Source: an uncultured Alphaproteobacteria bacterium (lineage in GTDB: Bacteria; Pseudomonadota; Alphaproteobacteria; Rhizobiales; Xanthobacteraceae). Taken from it: a stretch of DNA of 64,000 nucleotides. Under the pieces are notes generated by a model that had not been told where the DNA came from, made no database searches, and saw only the letters and a list, made by a program, of their open reading frames with translations. Each line of letters begins with the position of its first letter. Position 1 is the stretch's first letter. This document shows positions 1 to 9,776 of the stretch, piece after piece. The stretch is taken from the NCBI GenBank assembly GCA_963821975.1, contig CAWGFV010000006.1, positions 38,392-102,391 of the forward strand. The letters run 5' to 3'. The translations under genes and the position numbers were made by a program.

Positions 1-1193
1 AGGGCAGGGAAGTCCTGCTCGATTGCGAGCATTTCTTTGATGGCTACAAGGCCAATCCGCAATACGCGCTCGCCTGCGCCAAGGCAGCTTATGAGATGGG
101 CGCGCGCTGGGTCGTGCTGTGCGACACCAATGGCGGCACGCTGCCGCACGAGGTCGAGGAGATTGTCGGCGATGTCTGCAAAGCGATCCCCGGCGACCAC
201 GTCGGCATCCATGCCCACAACGACACCGAGCAGGCGGTGGCCAATTCCTTCGCCGCAGTGCGCGCCGGAGCGCGACAAATCCAGGGCACGCTCAACGGGC
301 TAGGGGAGCGTTGCGGCAACGCCAATCTGGTGTCGATCATTCCGACGCTCAAGCTCAAGCCGGAATTCTCGGAGATGTTCGAGGTCGGCGTCAGCGATGC
401 TGCGCTGAAAAAACTGGCGCATGTCTCCCATGAACTCGACGAGCGGCTCAACCGCGGCTCCAACCGCCACGCGCCCTATGTCGGCGAGAGCGCGTTCGCG
501 ACCAAAGCCGGTATTCATGCCTCCGCTATCGCCAAAGATCCGGCGACCTATGAGCACGTAGCCCCCAACAGCGTCGGCAACAAGCGCAAGGTGCTGGTGT
601 CGGAGCAGGCGGGCAAATCCAACATCCTAGCGGAGCTTGAGCGCATCGGTCTCAAAGTGGACAAGGACGATCCACGCATCGGCCGCTTGTTGGAGATCGT
701 CAAGGAGCGCGAAGCTATCGGCTACGCGTACGAAGCGGCGGATGCTTCGTTCGAAATGCTGGCGCGCCGCACGCTCGGCACGGTGCCGAATTACTTCGAC
801 GTCACCCAATTCGACGTCAATGTCGAGCAACGCAACAATGCCAAAGGCGAGCGCGTGACGGTCACGCTCGCCGTGGTGAAAGTGAAAGTCGGCGACGAAA
901 ACATGATTTCGGCGGCGGAAGGCAACGGTCCGGTCAACGCGCTCGACCGCGCGCTGCGCAAGGATCTTGGCCAGTATCAAAAATACATCGACGGCCTGAA
1001 GCTCACCGACTACCGCGTGCGTATTCTCAACTCCGGCACCGAGGCGGTGACGCGCGTGCTGATCGAGAGCGAGGACGAGTCCGGCGATCGCTGGACCACC
1101 ATCGGCGTGTCGGCCAACATCATCGACGCCTCGTTCCAGGCATTGATGGACTCCATCATTTACAAGCTGGTGAAATCCGGCGCCCCGGCGTGA
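1..1193 (+). CDS. cimA: (R)-citramalate synthase / LeuA-family, 5'-truncated at window edge
   Basis: Frame open from nt 3 (EVLLDCEHFFDGYKANP...). Motifs LCDTNGGTLP, HAHNDTEQAVANS and GERCGNANL, plus a C-terminal LeuA-dimer-like regulatory region. Confidence 0.8.
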   Translation, partial: GREVLLDCEHFFDGYKANPQYALACAKAAYEMGARWVVLCDTNGGTLPHEVEEIVGDVCKAIPGDHVGIHAHNDTEQAVANSFAAVRAGARQIQGTLNGLGERCGNANLVSIIPTLKLKPEFSEMFEVGVSDAALKKLAHVSHELDERLNRGSNRHAPYVGESAFATKAGIHASAIAKDPATYEHVAPNSVGNKRKVLVSEQAGKSNILAELERIGLKVDKDDPRIGRLLEIVKEREAIGYAYEAADASFEMLARRTLGTVPNYFDVTQFDVNVEQRNNAKGERVTVTLAVVKVKVGDENMISAAEGNGPVNALDRALRKDLGQYQKYIDGLKLTDYRVRILNSGTEAVTRVLIESEDESGDRWTTIGVSANIIDASFQALMDSIIYKLVKSGAPA

Positions 1194-1205
1194 GATAGTT
1201 GCGCC

Positions 1206-1589
1206 ATGATCGATCACATCTCCGTCGCCGTCCGCGATCTCAAAATGGGCGAGCGCTTCTACACCGCGCTGCTCGCTCCGCTCGGCATGACCAAATTGCG
1301 CGAGTGGTCGGGTGCCGCGATCGGCTACGGCAAGAAATATCCGGAGTTTTGGATCAATCGACGCACGGAGATGGCGCCGATCGCCACCGACAGCGGCGTG
1401 CACATTTGCCTGCGTGCGTCGTCTACCGAAGCGGTCGATGCTTTCCACGCCGCTGCGCTTGCCGCCGGCGGCACGTCTGACGGCACGCCGGGCCTCCGCG
1501 CGCACTATCACGAGAACTATTACGCCGCCTTTATCCGCGATCCCGACGGCAACCGCATCGAGGCGGTGACGTTCGTTGCCAAGCAATGA
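1206..1589 (+). CDS. VOC / glyoxalase-bleomycin resistance family protein
   Basis: 127 aa. MIDHISVAVRDL...FYTALLAPLG...AFIRDPDGNRIEAV is a typical glyoxalase-fold signature. Confidence 0.75.
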   Translation: MIDHISVAVRDLKMGERFYTALLAPLGMTKLREWSGAAIGYGKKYPEFWINRRTEMAPIATDSGVHICLRASSTEAVDAFHAAALAAGGTSDGTPGLRAHYHENYYAAFIRDPDGNRIEAVTFVAKQ

Positions 1590-2213
1590 TTACAACCGAT
1601 CGGCGTCGGCCGCGGTCATTTTCCTGGTAGCCTCCGGCAGCGCCTGTGCTGCTTTCTGCAGCATCGGCAGGATGTCCGCGACTTTGTCCGCCACCAGCAG
1701 GTCGAAGTTGAGATCGCCGCGGATGAATTCCAGCGTTTTCATATGATCGAGCAGGGCGCAGAGCGGTTGCCAGAAGCCTTCGATATTGGCGAGCAGGATC
1801 GGTTTCTTGTGGCGGCCGAGTTGCGCCCATGTCATTTGCTCGACGACTTCCTCCAGCGTGCCGACGCCGCCGGGCAGCGCGACGAAGGCATCCGCCAACT
1901 CGAACATCTTGCGTTTGCGTTCGTGCATGTCGCGGGTGACGATCAGCCCGTGCGCGCCCTTGATGGCGTGTTCGCGCGCCACCAGGAAATCCGGGATGAT
2001 GCCGGTGACCTCGCCGCCATGAGCGAGTACGGCCTCTGCCAATTCACCCATCATGCCGACGTGGCCGCCGCCGTAGACGAGACCGACGCCGTTCTTGGCC
2101 ATGACCGCTCCGAAGGCGCGGGCGGCTTCCACAAAAGCCGGATCGGTGCCCGGCCCGGAACCGCAATAGACGCAGATCTTTCGGATCTTTCCGGAATTAT
2201 TGATTCGGCTCAT
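1590..2213 (-). CDS. LOG family cytokinin riboside 5'-monophosphate phosphoribohydrolase-like protein
   Basis: Motifs VYCGSGPG, GGGHVGMMG and LPGGVGTLEEVVE. Internal ATG at 2213 (MSRINNSGKIRKICVYCGS) chosen over the ORF-track start at 2264. Confidence 0.8.
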   Translation of the reverse strand: MSRINNSGKIRKICVYCGSGPGTDPAFVEAARAFGAVMAKNGVGLVYGGGHVGMMGELAEAVLAHGGEVTGIIPDFLVAREHAIKGAHGLIVTRDMHERKRKMFELADAFVALPGGVGTLEEVVEQMTWAQLGRHKKPILLANIEGFWQPLCALLDHMKTLEFIRGDLNFDLLVADKVADILPMLQKAAQALPEATRKMTAADADRL

Positions 2214-2334
2214 GCCTGTGCATGTGCATCGCACATAGGGCAGCGTCAAGGCCGCGACAGACAATGATCTATCGGTGGCGATAGCGGGGGGCGGGGTGAT
2301 TACGGCTGAGAAACCGCCTATATGAAGGCTCTGA

Positions 2335-4314
2335 ATGAGCGACCATCACCATCATCATCGCACGGCCAATGGCGGCGCCCAGGTATCCAGTGACCGTGGC
2401 GCGCTGCTGCGGACCGTGATCCACCTGTGGCCCTATATCTGGCCGTCCGACCGGGCCGACCTGAAGCTGCGTGTGCTCGGCGCCATGCTGCTGCTGCTGG
2501 CCGCCAAACTGGCAACGGTTGCCGTTCCCTTCACCTACAAATGGGCGACCGACGCGCTCGCCGGTCACGGCAGCGCCCCGGTCGCCGCCTCCGAATGGCT
2601 GGTCTGGGCCACGGCCGCGCCCATCGCCATGACCATTGCCTATGGCGGCATGCGCATCCTGATGGCGGCGCTCACGCAGTTGCGCGACGGGCTGTTCGCC
2701 AAGGTAGCGATGCACGCGGTGCGCCGGCTCGCCTACCGCACCTTCGTGCACATGCACGAATTGTCGCTGCGCTTCCACCTCGAGCGCAAGACCGGCGGAC
2801 TCACGCGCGTGCTCGAACGCGGCCGCAACGCGATCGAGACCATCGTGCGCATGGTGATCTTGCAGCTTGCGCCCACCATCATCGAGCTCTTGCTGATCGT
2901 CGGCGTGCTGATGTGGAAGTTCGACTGGCGCTACGTGCTGGCGATTATGATCACGGTCGCTATCTATATGACCTACACCTATCACGCCACCGAATGGCGC
3001 ATCGGCATTCGCCGCCGCATGAATGAGAGCGACACCGATGCCAATGTCAAGGCGATCGACTCGCTACTCAATTACGAGACGGTGAAATATTTCACCGCCG
3101 AGCAACGCGAAGCCGAGCGTTATGACAAGTCGATGGCGCGCTACGAAGACGCCAGCACCATGGCCTATACCTCGTTGGCGGTGCTCAATGCCGGGCAGGC
3201 GGTGATCTTCACCTTCGGGCTCGCCGCCGCCATGGTGATGTGCGCCTACGAGGTGCGCGCCGGCACCAAGACCGTCGGCGATTTCGTGCTGATCAATGCC
3301 ATGATGATCCAGCTTTACCAGCCGCTCAATTTCATGGGCATGGTCTACCGCGAGATCAAGCAGGCGGTAACCGATATCGAGCTGATGTTCTCGATCCTGG
3401 CGCGCGAGCCGGAGATCAAGGACATCGACGGCGCAGCCGCCCTCCAGGTCACCAGCGGCATTATCCGCTTCGAAAGCGTGCGCTTCGCCTACGAGCCGGG
3501 GCGCCGCATTCTGAAAGGGATCAGTTTCGACGTGCCGGCCGGCAAGACCGTAGCGGTGGTAGGGCCCTCCGGCGCCGGCAAGTCGACGATCTCGCGATTG
3601 CTGTTTCGTTTTTACGATCTGGCCGGCGGCCGCATCCTGATCGATGGCCAGGACATCGCCAGGGTCACGCAAACATCGCTACGGCAGGCAATCGGCATGG
3701 TGCCGCAGGACACCGTGCTGTTCAACGACACCATTCGCTACAACATCCGCTATGGCCGTTGGGAAGCGAGCGATGCCGAGGTGGAGGAAGCCGCCAAACT
3801 CGCTCAGATCGACCCGCTGATCCGCCTGGCGCCGAAAGGCTACGACACCGAGGTCGGTGAGCGCGGCCTGAAGCTCTCGGGTGGCGAGAAGCAGCGCGTG
3901 GCGATCGCTCGCACAATCCTGAAGGCGCCGCCGATCCTGCTGTTGGACGAGGCAACGTCGGCCCTCGATAGCCACACCGAAAAGGAAATCCAGGACGCGC
4001 TGGAACGCGTGTCCAAGGGTCGCACCACCCTCGTCATCGCGCATCGGCTCTCCACCATCGTCGGTGCCGACGAGATCATCGTGCTCGACCAGGGCGAAAT
4101 CGTCGAACGCGGCACGCATTTCGCGCTACTCGATGCGAACGGGCTTTACGCGAGCATGTGGAACCGCCAGCGCGAAGCGGAGGAGGCGCGCGAGAAGCTC
4201 GCCCGTGTCGCGGAAGACGAGGCCGCGCCCAACCGCAATCCGCCGCCGGTCGCGGATGTCATTTCGGCCGGCGCCGTACGGTCGGTCGAGGCGCCTGTCG
4301 ACGCCGCGGAGTAG
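2335..4314 (+). CDS. Atm1/ABCB7-like ABC exporter (fused permease + ATPase)
   Basis: 659 aa. Six-helix TMD followed by Walker A GPSGAGKST, signature LSGGEKQR and Walker B ILLLDEATSALD. N-terminus carries HHHHH. Confidence 0.85.
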   Translation: MSDHHHHHRTANGGAQVSSDRGALLRTVIHLWPYIWPSDRADLKLRVLGAMLLLLAAKLATVAVPFTYKWATDALAGHGSAPVAASEWLVWATAAPIAMTIAYGGMRILMAALTQLRDGLFAKVAMHAVRRLAYRTFVHMHELSLRFHLERKTGGLTRVLERGRNAIETIVRMVILQLAPTIIELLLIVGVLMWKFDWRYVLAIMITVAIYMTYTYHATEWRIGIRRRMNESDTDANVKAIDSLLNYETVKYFTAEQREAERYDKSMARYEDASTMAYTSLAVLNAGQAVIFTFGLAAAMVMCAYEVRAGTKTVGDFVLINAMMIQLYQPLNFMGMVYREIKQAVTDIELMFSILAREPEIKDIDGAAALQVTSGIIRFESVRFAYEPGRRILKGISFDVPAGKTVAVVGPSGAGKSTISRLLFRFYDLAGGRILIDGQDIARVTQTSLRQAIGMVPQDTVLFNDTIRYNIRYGRWEASDAEVEEAAKLAQIDPLIRLAPKGYDTEVGERGLKLSGGEKQRVAIARTILKAPPILLLDEATSALDSHTEKEIQDALERVSKGRTTLVIAHRLSTIVGADEIIVLDQGEIVERGTHFALLDANGLYASMWNRQREAEEAREKLARVAEDEAAPNRNPPPVADVISAGAVRSVEAPVDAAE

Positions 4315-4322
4315 GATAGGAC

Positions 4323-5021
4323 ATGTCGATTTACGATTCGATTCGCGCGCAGATCGTGCCGATTACGCCGGAGGGCTATCCCTTCATCGGCGCTTTTGCG
4401 TTCGCTAGCCTGGTTTTGTTCTGGCTATGGAGCCCGCTCGGTTGGTTCGGCACGCTGGCGACGTTGTGGTGCGCCTATTTCTTCCGCGACCCGCCGCGCG
4501 TCACCCCGGTACGTGATGGGCTGGTGGTGGCGCCCGCCGACGGCCGCGTCAGCCAGATTACCACGGCGCCTCCGCCGCACGAACTTGGCCTGGGTGACGC
4601 GCCAGCGCTGCGCATCTCGATCTTCATGAGCGTGTTTGATTGCCACGTGAACCGCAGCCCTGCCGCGGGCCGTATCGAGAAGATCGTCTATCAGCCGGGT
4701 AAGTTTTTCAACGCCGATCTCGACAAAGCGAGTGTCGACAACGAGCGCAATTCGCTGGTAATCGCCACTGCCGGCACGCGCATCGCGGTCACCCAGATCG
4801 CCGGCCTGATCGCACGCCGCATCGTCTGCTTTGTGCGCGAGGGCCAGCCGCTCGGCGCCGGCGAGCGTTTCGGCATGATCCGCTTCGGCTCGCGCCTCGA
4901 CGTTTATCTCCCAGACGGCACGCTGCCGATGGTGGCGGTGGGGCAGACCTCGCTCGCCGGTGAAACCGTGCTCGCCGATTTAAGCAATAACGACGCCGAG
5001 CGCGCCTTCCGGAGCGGATAA
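4323..5021 (+). CDS. psd: phosphatidylserine decarboxylase proenzyme
   Basis: 232 aa short-type Psd with [13 protein letters not shown] and the self-cleavage region [14 protein letters not shown]. Lies directly upstream of pssA. Confidence 0.9.
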   Translation: MSIYDSIRAQIVPITPEGYPFIGAFAFASLVLFWLWSPLGWFGTLATLWCAYFFRDPPRVTPVRDGLVVAPADGRVSQITTAPPPHELGLGDAPALRISIFMSVFDCHVNRSPAAGRIEKIVYQPGKFFNADLDKASVDNERNSLVIATAGTRIAVTQIAGLIARRIVCFVREGQPLGAGERFGMIRFGSRLDVYLPDGTLPMVAVGQTSLAGETVLADLSNNDAERAFRSG

Positions 5022-5057
5022 ATCGTTAACGCGGGCGAGAAACCGCGTCCGCACTCC

Positions 5058-5984
5058 GTGGCGCGGCCGCCCGTAAACGCGTATATTGGTCTTATGGTCT
5101 TTCCGCCGTTCGATCCCGCTCCGCCACCCCGGCACCGCCGCTTCAAGGCGATCCCGGTGCGCACATTGTTGCCCAATCTGATCACTCTCCTGGCGATGTG
5201 TGCGGGGCTGACGGCGATCCGCATGGCCGTCGAAAGCCAACTCGATCTGGCGCTGGCGGCAATTGTCCTTGCGGCTACGCTCGACGGCATCGACGGGCGC
5301 GTCGCGCGCATGCTCAAGGGCACGTCGCGCTTCGGCGCCGAACTCGACAGCCTCGCCGACTTCGTGAATTTCGGCGTGGCGCCGGCGCTGATCCTGTATT
5401 TCTGGGGCCTGCACGAACTCAAATCCGCGGGCTGGATCGCCGCGCTGGTATTCGCGATCTGCGCGGCGCTGCGACTCGCGCGCTTCAACGTGATGATCGA
5501 CGATCCCAACAAACCGGCCTGGGCGGCGAATTTCTTCACGGGCATTCCGGCGCCGGCCGGCGCCATCACCGTGCTGCTGCCGATCTATCTCAATTTCCTC
5601 GGCGCCTCTAACGGGCTGGTCACGGTGTGGCTGACGTTCCTCTATACCTTGGCCATTGCGCTGCTGATGGTCTCGCGCTTGCCAGTGTTTTCCGGCAAGC
5701 GGGTCGGCAAGCGCGTGCCGCCCGACATGGTGCTGCCGGTGTTCGTGGTGGTGGTGTTATTCTTTGCGCTACTCATCAGCTATCCGTGGGTGGTGCTCAC
5801 CATCGGCACGCTCGCTTACCTCGGCTGTCTTCCGTTCGGCTGGCTGTCTTATCGCGACTATCAACGTAAGGATGCGGCGGCTGCAGCCGCGGCCGCGTCG
5901 GCCGCAAGCGAAGCGCCAATGGCGATGGCGGACCATGTCCCGGGCGGCGACTCCGATGATGAGCGCCCCGGGCGCTTGAATTGA
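5058..5984 (+). CDS. pssA: CDP-diacylglycerol--serine O-phosphatidyltransferase
   Basis: CDP-alcohol phosphatidyltransferase motif DGIDGRVARMLKGTSRFGAELDSLAD and multiple TM helices. GTG start at 5058; alternative ATG at 5094. Confidence 0.85.
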   Translation: MARPPVNAYIGLMVFPPFDPAPPPRHRRFKAIPVRTLLPNLITLLAMCAGLTAIRMAVESQLDLALAAIVLAATLDGIDGRVARMLKGTSRFGAELDSLADFVNFGVAPALILYFWGLHELKSAGWIAALVFAICAALRLARFNVMIDDPNKPAWAANFFTGIPAPAGAITVLLPIYLNFLGASNGLVTVWLTFLYTLAIALLMVSRLPVFSGKRVGKRVPPDMVLPVFVVVVLFFALLISYPWVVLTIGTLAYLGCLPFGWLSYRDYQRKDAAAAAAAASAASEAPMAMADHVPGGDSDDERPGRLN

Positions 5985-6015
5985 CCGACAGCACCCACGG
6001 CACCGTTTAAACGTT

Positions 6016-6510
6016 ATGCGCGCCATCCGCGTCCTTGCCGCCGCCGAACGCCGCGACCGCCCGCCGGTCGATACGGTGATCCTCGACTACGCCCAGCGCA
6101 GCAGCGCGCAGAAAATCGCGGTCACTGGCGTCAAAGGCGGCGCCTTCGAGATCGATCTACATGAGCCGACGCGGCTGCGCACCGACGACCTGATGCTGCT
6201 CGACGACGGCGGGCTGGTGGAAGTCGTGGCCGCGCCCGAGCCGCTGATCGAAGCGCGTGCCGCCGACGTGGCCGCGCTGTCGCGGCTCGCCTGGCACCTC
6301 GGCGACCGCCACCTGCCGATCCAGGTGCTGCCCAATCGCATCCGCGCGCGCCGCGATGCCGCGGTCGAAGAACTGCTTAAGATGCTGGGCGCAAAGACGA
6401 CCGTGCTCGAGGCGCCGTTCGAACCGGAAGGCGGCGCCTACGAGTCATCGCATGCGCACGACCACGCGCATCACGACCACGATCATGCGCATGACCACCA
6501 CGGTCACTGA
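6016..6510 (+). CDS. ureE: urease accessory protein UreE (His-rich C-terminus)
   Basis: LVEVVAAPEPLIEARAADVAALSRLAWHLGDRHLPIQVL and APFEPEGGAYE, with a HAHDHAHHDHDHAHDHHGH tail. Confidence 0.8.
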   Translation: MRAIRVLAAAERRDRPPVDTVILDYAQRSSAQKIAVTGVKGGAFEIDLHEPTRLRTDDLMLLDDGGLVEVVAAPEPLIEARAADVAALSRLAWHLGDRHLPIQVLPNRIRARRDAAVEELLKMLGAKTTVLEAPFEPEGGAYESSHAHDHAHHDHDHAHDHHGH

Positions 6511-7166
6511 TTGCGGTAGCCCTGCGTGCCGAACGGGTAACCGGGCATCAGGTCGTAAGGATGCTTCCAGCCGGGCAGGGCCTTCATGCGCTCGAGCCAG
6601 ACGCCGATCGCCGGATAGTCTTTGGCGATGTCGAAGCCGAACTCCTCCGCCGGATAGTAGAGATAGCCGGTCATCGAAATGTCGGCGATGGTCGGCTTGT
6701 CGCTCACCAGGAATTTTCGTCCTGTCAGCCGCTTGTTGACGATGGCGAGGTTGCCCTGCGCGCGGCCCTGCAAGAACGCCATCACCGCCGGATCGCCCGC
6801 GGGCTTGGCGAAATTCTTCAGGAAGCGGAACGGCCCGAGGAAGCCATTGACCTTCTGGTTGTCGAAGATGATCCAGCGCAGCGCCTCCAACTCCTCGTCC
6901 TCACCCTGCGGCTTGAACTTGCCGGTGTGGTTGGCGAGATAAGTGAGGATCACGCCCGATTGACTGAATTTCTTCTTGCCGTGCGCCAGCACCGGCGCTT
7001 CGCCCATTTCATTGATGGTCTCGCGAAACTCCGGCGTGCGCTGCGGTGCCGCGCCGAAGAAGTCGTACCAGACCGGCTCCCAGTCGGCGCCGATCAGATT
7101 GAGCATCAGTGCGGCGCGATAGGCGTTGCCGGACTGGGCGAAGCAGTAGAGCTGGTATTCGGCCAT
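6504..7166 (-). CDS. glutathione S-transferase family protein
   Basis: MAEYQLYCFAQSGNAYRAALMLNL... N-terminal thioredoxin-like plus C-terminal helical GST fold. ATG at 7166 chosen. Confidence 0.8.
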   Translation of the reverse strand: MAEYQLYCFAQSGNAYRAALMLNLIGADWEPVWYDFFGAAPQRTPEFRETINEMGEAPVLAHGKKKFSQSGVILTYLANHTGKFKPQGEDEELEALRWIIFDNQKVNGFLGPFRFLKNFAKPAGDPAVMAFLQGRAQGNLAIVNKRLTGRKFLVSDKPTIADISMTGYLYYPAEEFGFDIAKDYPAIGVWLERMKALPGWKHPYDLMPGYPFGTQGYRNQ

Positions 7167-7213
7167 TGGGGTCCTATATGGCGAGGAGGCTGGCGAGCCA
7201 GCGTAACGCATCC

Positions 7214-8710
7214 TCACTTCATGGTCGGAATCACGAACTCGGCGCCTTCCTTGGTGCCGGTCGGCCAGCGCGAGGTGACGGTCTTGGTCTTGGTGTAGAA
7301 GCGGACCGAATCCGGTCCATGCTGATTGAGATCGCCGAAGCCGGAGCGTTTCCAGCCGCCGAAGGTGTAATAAGCGAGCGGCACCGGAATGGCGAAATTG
7401 ACGCCGACCATGCCGACCTGCACGCGGTTGACGAAATCGCGCGCGGTGTCGCCGTCGCGGGTGAAGATGGCGACGCCGTTGCCGTATTCATGATCGGAGG
7501 GAAGGCGCACCGCTTCCTCGTAGTCCTTCGCGCGCACCACCGAGAGCACGGGCCCGAAGATTTCCTCTTTATAGATTTTCATGTTCGGCTTGACCTCGTC
7601 GAACAGGCAGCCGCCGAGGAAATTGCCGTTCTCGTAGCCTTGCAGCTTGAACCCGCGCCCGTCCACCACCAGCTTGGCGCCTTCCTTGACGCCGGTATCG
7701 ATGTAGCCGCGCACCTTGTTGAGCAGGTCCCGCGTGACCATCGGACCGTAGTCGGCCTTATCGTCACTGGAGGGGCCGATCTTCAGGCTCTCGACGCGCG
7801 GGATCAGCTTGCCGACCAGGGCATCGGCAGTCTTCTTGCCGACCGGCACCGCCACCGAAACCGCCATGCAGCGTTCGCCGGCCGAGCCATAGCTAGCGCC
7901 GATCAACGCATCGACCGCCTGGTCCATGTCGGCGTCGGGCATCACGATCATGTGGTTCTTGGCGCCGCCGAAGCACTGCACGCGCTTGCCGTTGGCGCAG
8001 CCGGTCGAAAAGATGTATTCTGCGATGGCTGACGAACCGACGAAGCCGATCGCCTTGACGCGGTCGTCGGTGAGCAACGTGTCGACGGCTTCCTTGTCGC
8101 CGTTGACGACGTTGAGGATGCCTTCCGGCAGGCCGGCCTCGAGGAACAGTTCGGCGATGCGCATCGGCACCGATGGATCGCGCTCCGACGGCTTGAGGAC
8201 GAAGGCATTGCCGCAGGCGATCGCGGGCGCGGCCTTCCACAGCGGTATCATTGCCGGGAAATTAAACGGCGTGATGCCGGCGACGACGCCGAGCGCCTGC
8301 CGCACAGAGTAAAGATCAATGCCGGGGCCGGCGCCTTCGGTGTATTCGCCCTTCAACAGTTGCGGAATACCGCAGGCGAACTCCACAACCTCGAGCCCGC
8401 GCTGGATGTCGCCGCGCGCGTCGGGCAGGGTCTTGCCGTGTTCGGAGGACAAGAGCTTGGCGAGGCTGTCGTATTCCTTCTGCACCAGCTCGAGAAATTT
8501 GAACATCACGCGGGCGCGCCGTTGCGGATTGGTCGCCGCCCAGGCCGGCTGCGCGGCCTGCGCATTGGCGATGGCGTGCTCGACCTCGGAATGCTTGGCG
8601 AGCGCCACTTTGGCCTGCACCTCGCCGGTGTTGGGATCGAAGACGTCGCCGAATCGTCCGGAGGACCCTTTTACCGTCTTGCCGCCGATGAAGTGGCCAA
8701 TCTCGCGCAT
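7214..8710 (-). CDS. mmsA: CoA-acylating methylmalonate-semialdehyde dehydrogenase
   Basis: 498 aa aldehyde dehydrogenase with MREIGHFIGGK..., VLKPSERDP and the catalytic region QRCMA-like GERCMAVS. GGAGGA RBS upstream. Confidence 0.9.
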   Translation of the reverse strand: MREIGHFIGGKTVKGSSGRFGDVFDPNTGEVQAKVALAKHSEVEHAIANAQAAQPAWAATNPQRRARVMFKFLELVQKEYDSLAKLLSSEHGKTLPDARGDIQRGLEVVEFACGIPQLLKGEYTEGAGPGIDLYSVRQALGVVAGITPFNFPAMIPLWKAAPAIACGNAFVLKPSERDPSVPMRIAELFLEAGLPEGILNVVNGDKEAVDTLLTDDRVKAIGFVGSSAIAEYIFSTGCANGKRVQCFGGAKNHMIVMPDADMDQAVDALIGASYGSAGERCMAVSVAVPVGKKTADALVGKLIPRVESLKIGPSSDDKADYGPMVTRDLLNKVRGYIDTGVKEGAKLVVDGRGFKLQGYENGNFLGGCLFDEVKPNMKIYKEEIFGPVLSVVRAKDYEEAVRLPSDHEYGNGVAIFTRDGDTARDFVNRVQVGMVGVNFAIPVPLAYYTFGGWKRSGFGDLNQHGPDSVRFYTKTKTVTSRWPTGTKEGAEFVIPTMK

Positions 8711-8948
8711 ATCGCTCTCCTCCGAATTCTTAACGGGTCCTTGGTCGGGACTTTGGGGCTTTAGCGCCCATCCGCCGCGATTTTTGCAGCTTTTTGCAGG
8801 CCGGTCACGGGCTGGGCCCGTTAATGCGGGCGTTTTTCTTTCACCAACAGTTAGCCTTTACCGCCTCTTAACAGCGCCAGTCTAGGGTCCTTCGTAGCGG
8901 CCGCTATACTGTTTTGTGCTGCATGACGTGCGCGTTGGTAGGGAAGTC

Positions 8949-9749
8949 ATGGATATTGCCACCAGTTTAGGCCTGCTGTGCGGCGCCGGCGTCGTGACCC
9001 TCGTGATTTTGATGGGTGGCGACCTGCACATGTTCGTCAGCGAGCATGCGTTCATCGTCATTTTCGGCGGGTCCTTCGCCGCCACGCTCATCCGCTTTCC
9101 GTTCGCCTCCATCATGCACGGGCTGCCGCTCGGCGCCAAATTCGCCTTTTCGATGCGGCGCATGACCCAGCGCGAGCTGGTCGATGAACTGGCCGGGATC
9201 GCAGAAATCGCGCGCAAGCAAGGTCCCTTGGGGCTTGAAAAAGTCGAGAGCGAAGACCCCTTCATGGCCAAGGGCATCCGCTTCGTCGCCGACGGCTACG
9301 ATACGAATTTTATCCGTGACAATCTGGAGCGCGACCGCGACAACTTCCTCACCCATCTCGACGAAGGCCAGAAGATCTACCGCGCCGTCGGCGACTGCGC
9401 GCCGGCCTTCGGCATGATCGGCACCCTGATCGGCATGGTGCAGATGTTCGCCAACATGACCGACCCATCCAAGCTCGGCCCCTACATGGCCGGCGCGTTG
9501 CTCGCCACCTTCTACGGCGCGGCGCTCGCCAATCTGTTCTGCCTGCCGATCGCGGACAAACTGCATCTCAAACTGGTCGACGAGGAAGTCAACCGCACTT
9601 TGATCATCGACGGAATTCTGATGATCCGCGAGGCCAAGAGTCCGACTCTCGTGCGCGAAATGTTGCTCGCCTATCTGCCCGAGAAACATCGCCACAGCGA
9701 TTCCGACGACGAAGACGAAGACAAAGAGGCGGAGGCGGTCGCGGCTTAA
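8949..9749 (+). CDS. motA: MotA/PomA-like stator proton-channel protein
   Basis: MotA/TolQ/ExbB family: four TM helices, APAFGMIGTLIGMV and LLATFYGAALANL. Acidic C-terminal tail. Start at internal ATG 8949. Confidence 0.75.
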   Translation: MDIATSLGLLCGAGVVTLVILMGGDLHMFVSEHAFIVIFGGSFAATLIRFPFASIMHGLPLGAKFAFSMRRMTQRELVDELAGIAEIARKQGPLGLEKVESEDPFMAKGIRFVADGYDTNFIRDNLERDRDNFLTHLDEGQKIYRAVGDCAPAFGMIGTLIGMVQMFANMTDPSKLGPYMAGALLATFYGAALANLFCLPIADKLHLKLVDEEVNRTLIIDGILMIREAKSPTLVREMLLAYLPEKHRHSDSDDEDEDKEAEAVAA

Positions 9750-9776
9750 CGCGGCGGCTCCGAACGGCAAACCACA

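Noticed and set aside
2335-2365. MSDHHHHH at the N-terminus of the Atm1-like ABC exporter, considered as a cloning-tag artefact or metal-sensing tail.
   Set aside because: Surrounding sequence is ordinary chromosomal DNA with a native RBS context. Short His runs occur naturally in metal-related transporters. There is too little evidence for a separate claim.
5860-5925. GC-rich Ala-codon run (DAAAAAAAASAASEA) at the pssA 3' end, considered as a tandem DNA repeat.
   Set aside because: It is a low-complexity Ala tail within a continuous ORF, with no higher-order repeat unit. Such tails are common in high-GC genomes.
8783-8802. TTTTTGCAG-C-TTTTTGCAG direct repeat upstream of mmsA/motA, considered as a sigma-54 or flagellar promoter.
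   Set aside because: It does not match TGGCAC-N5-TTGC or the sigma-28 consensus. There is no supporting context.
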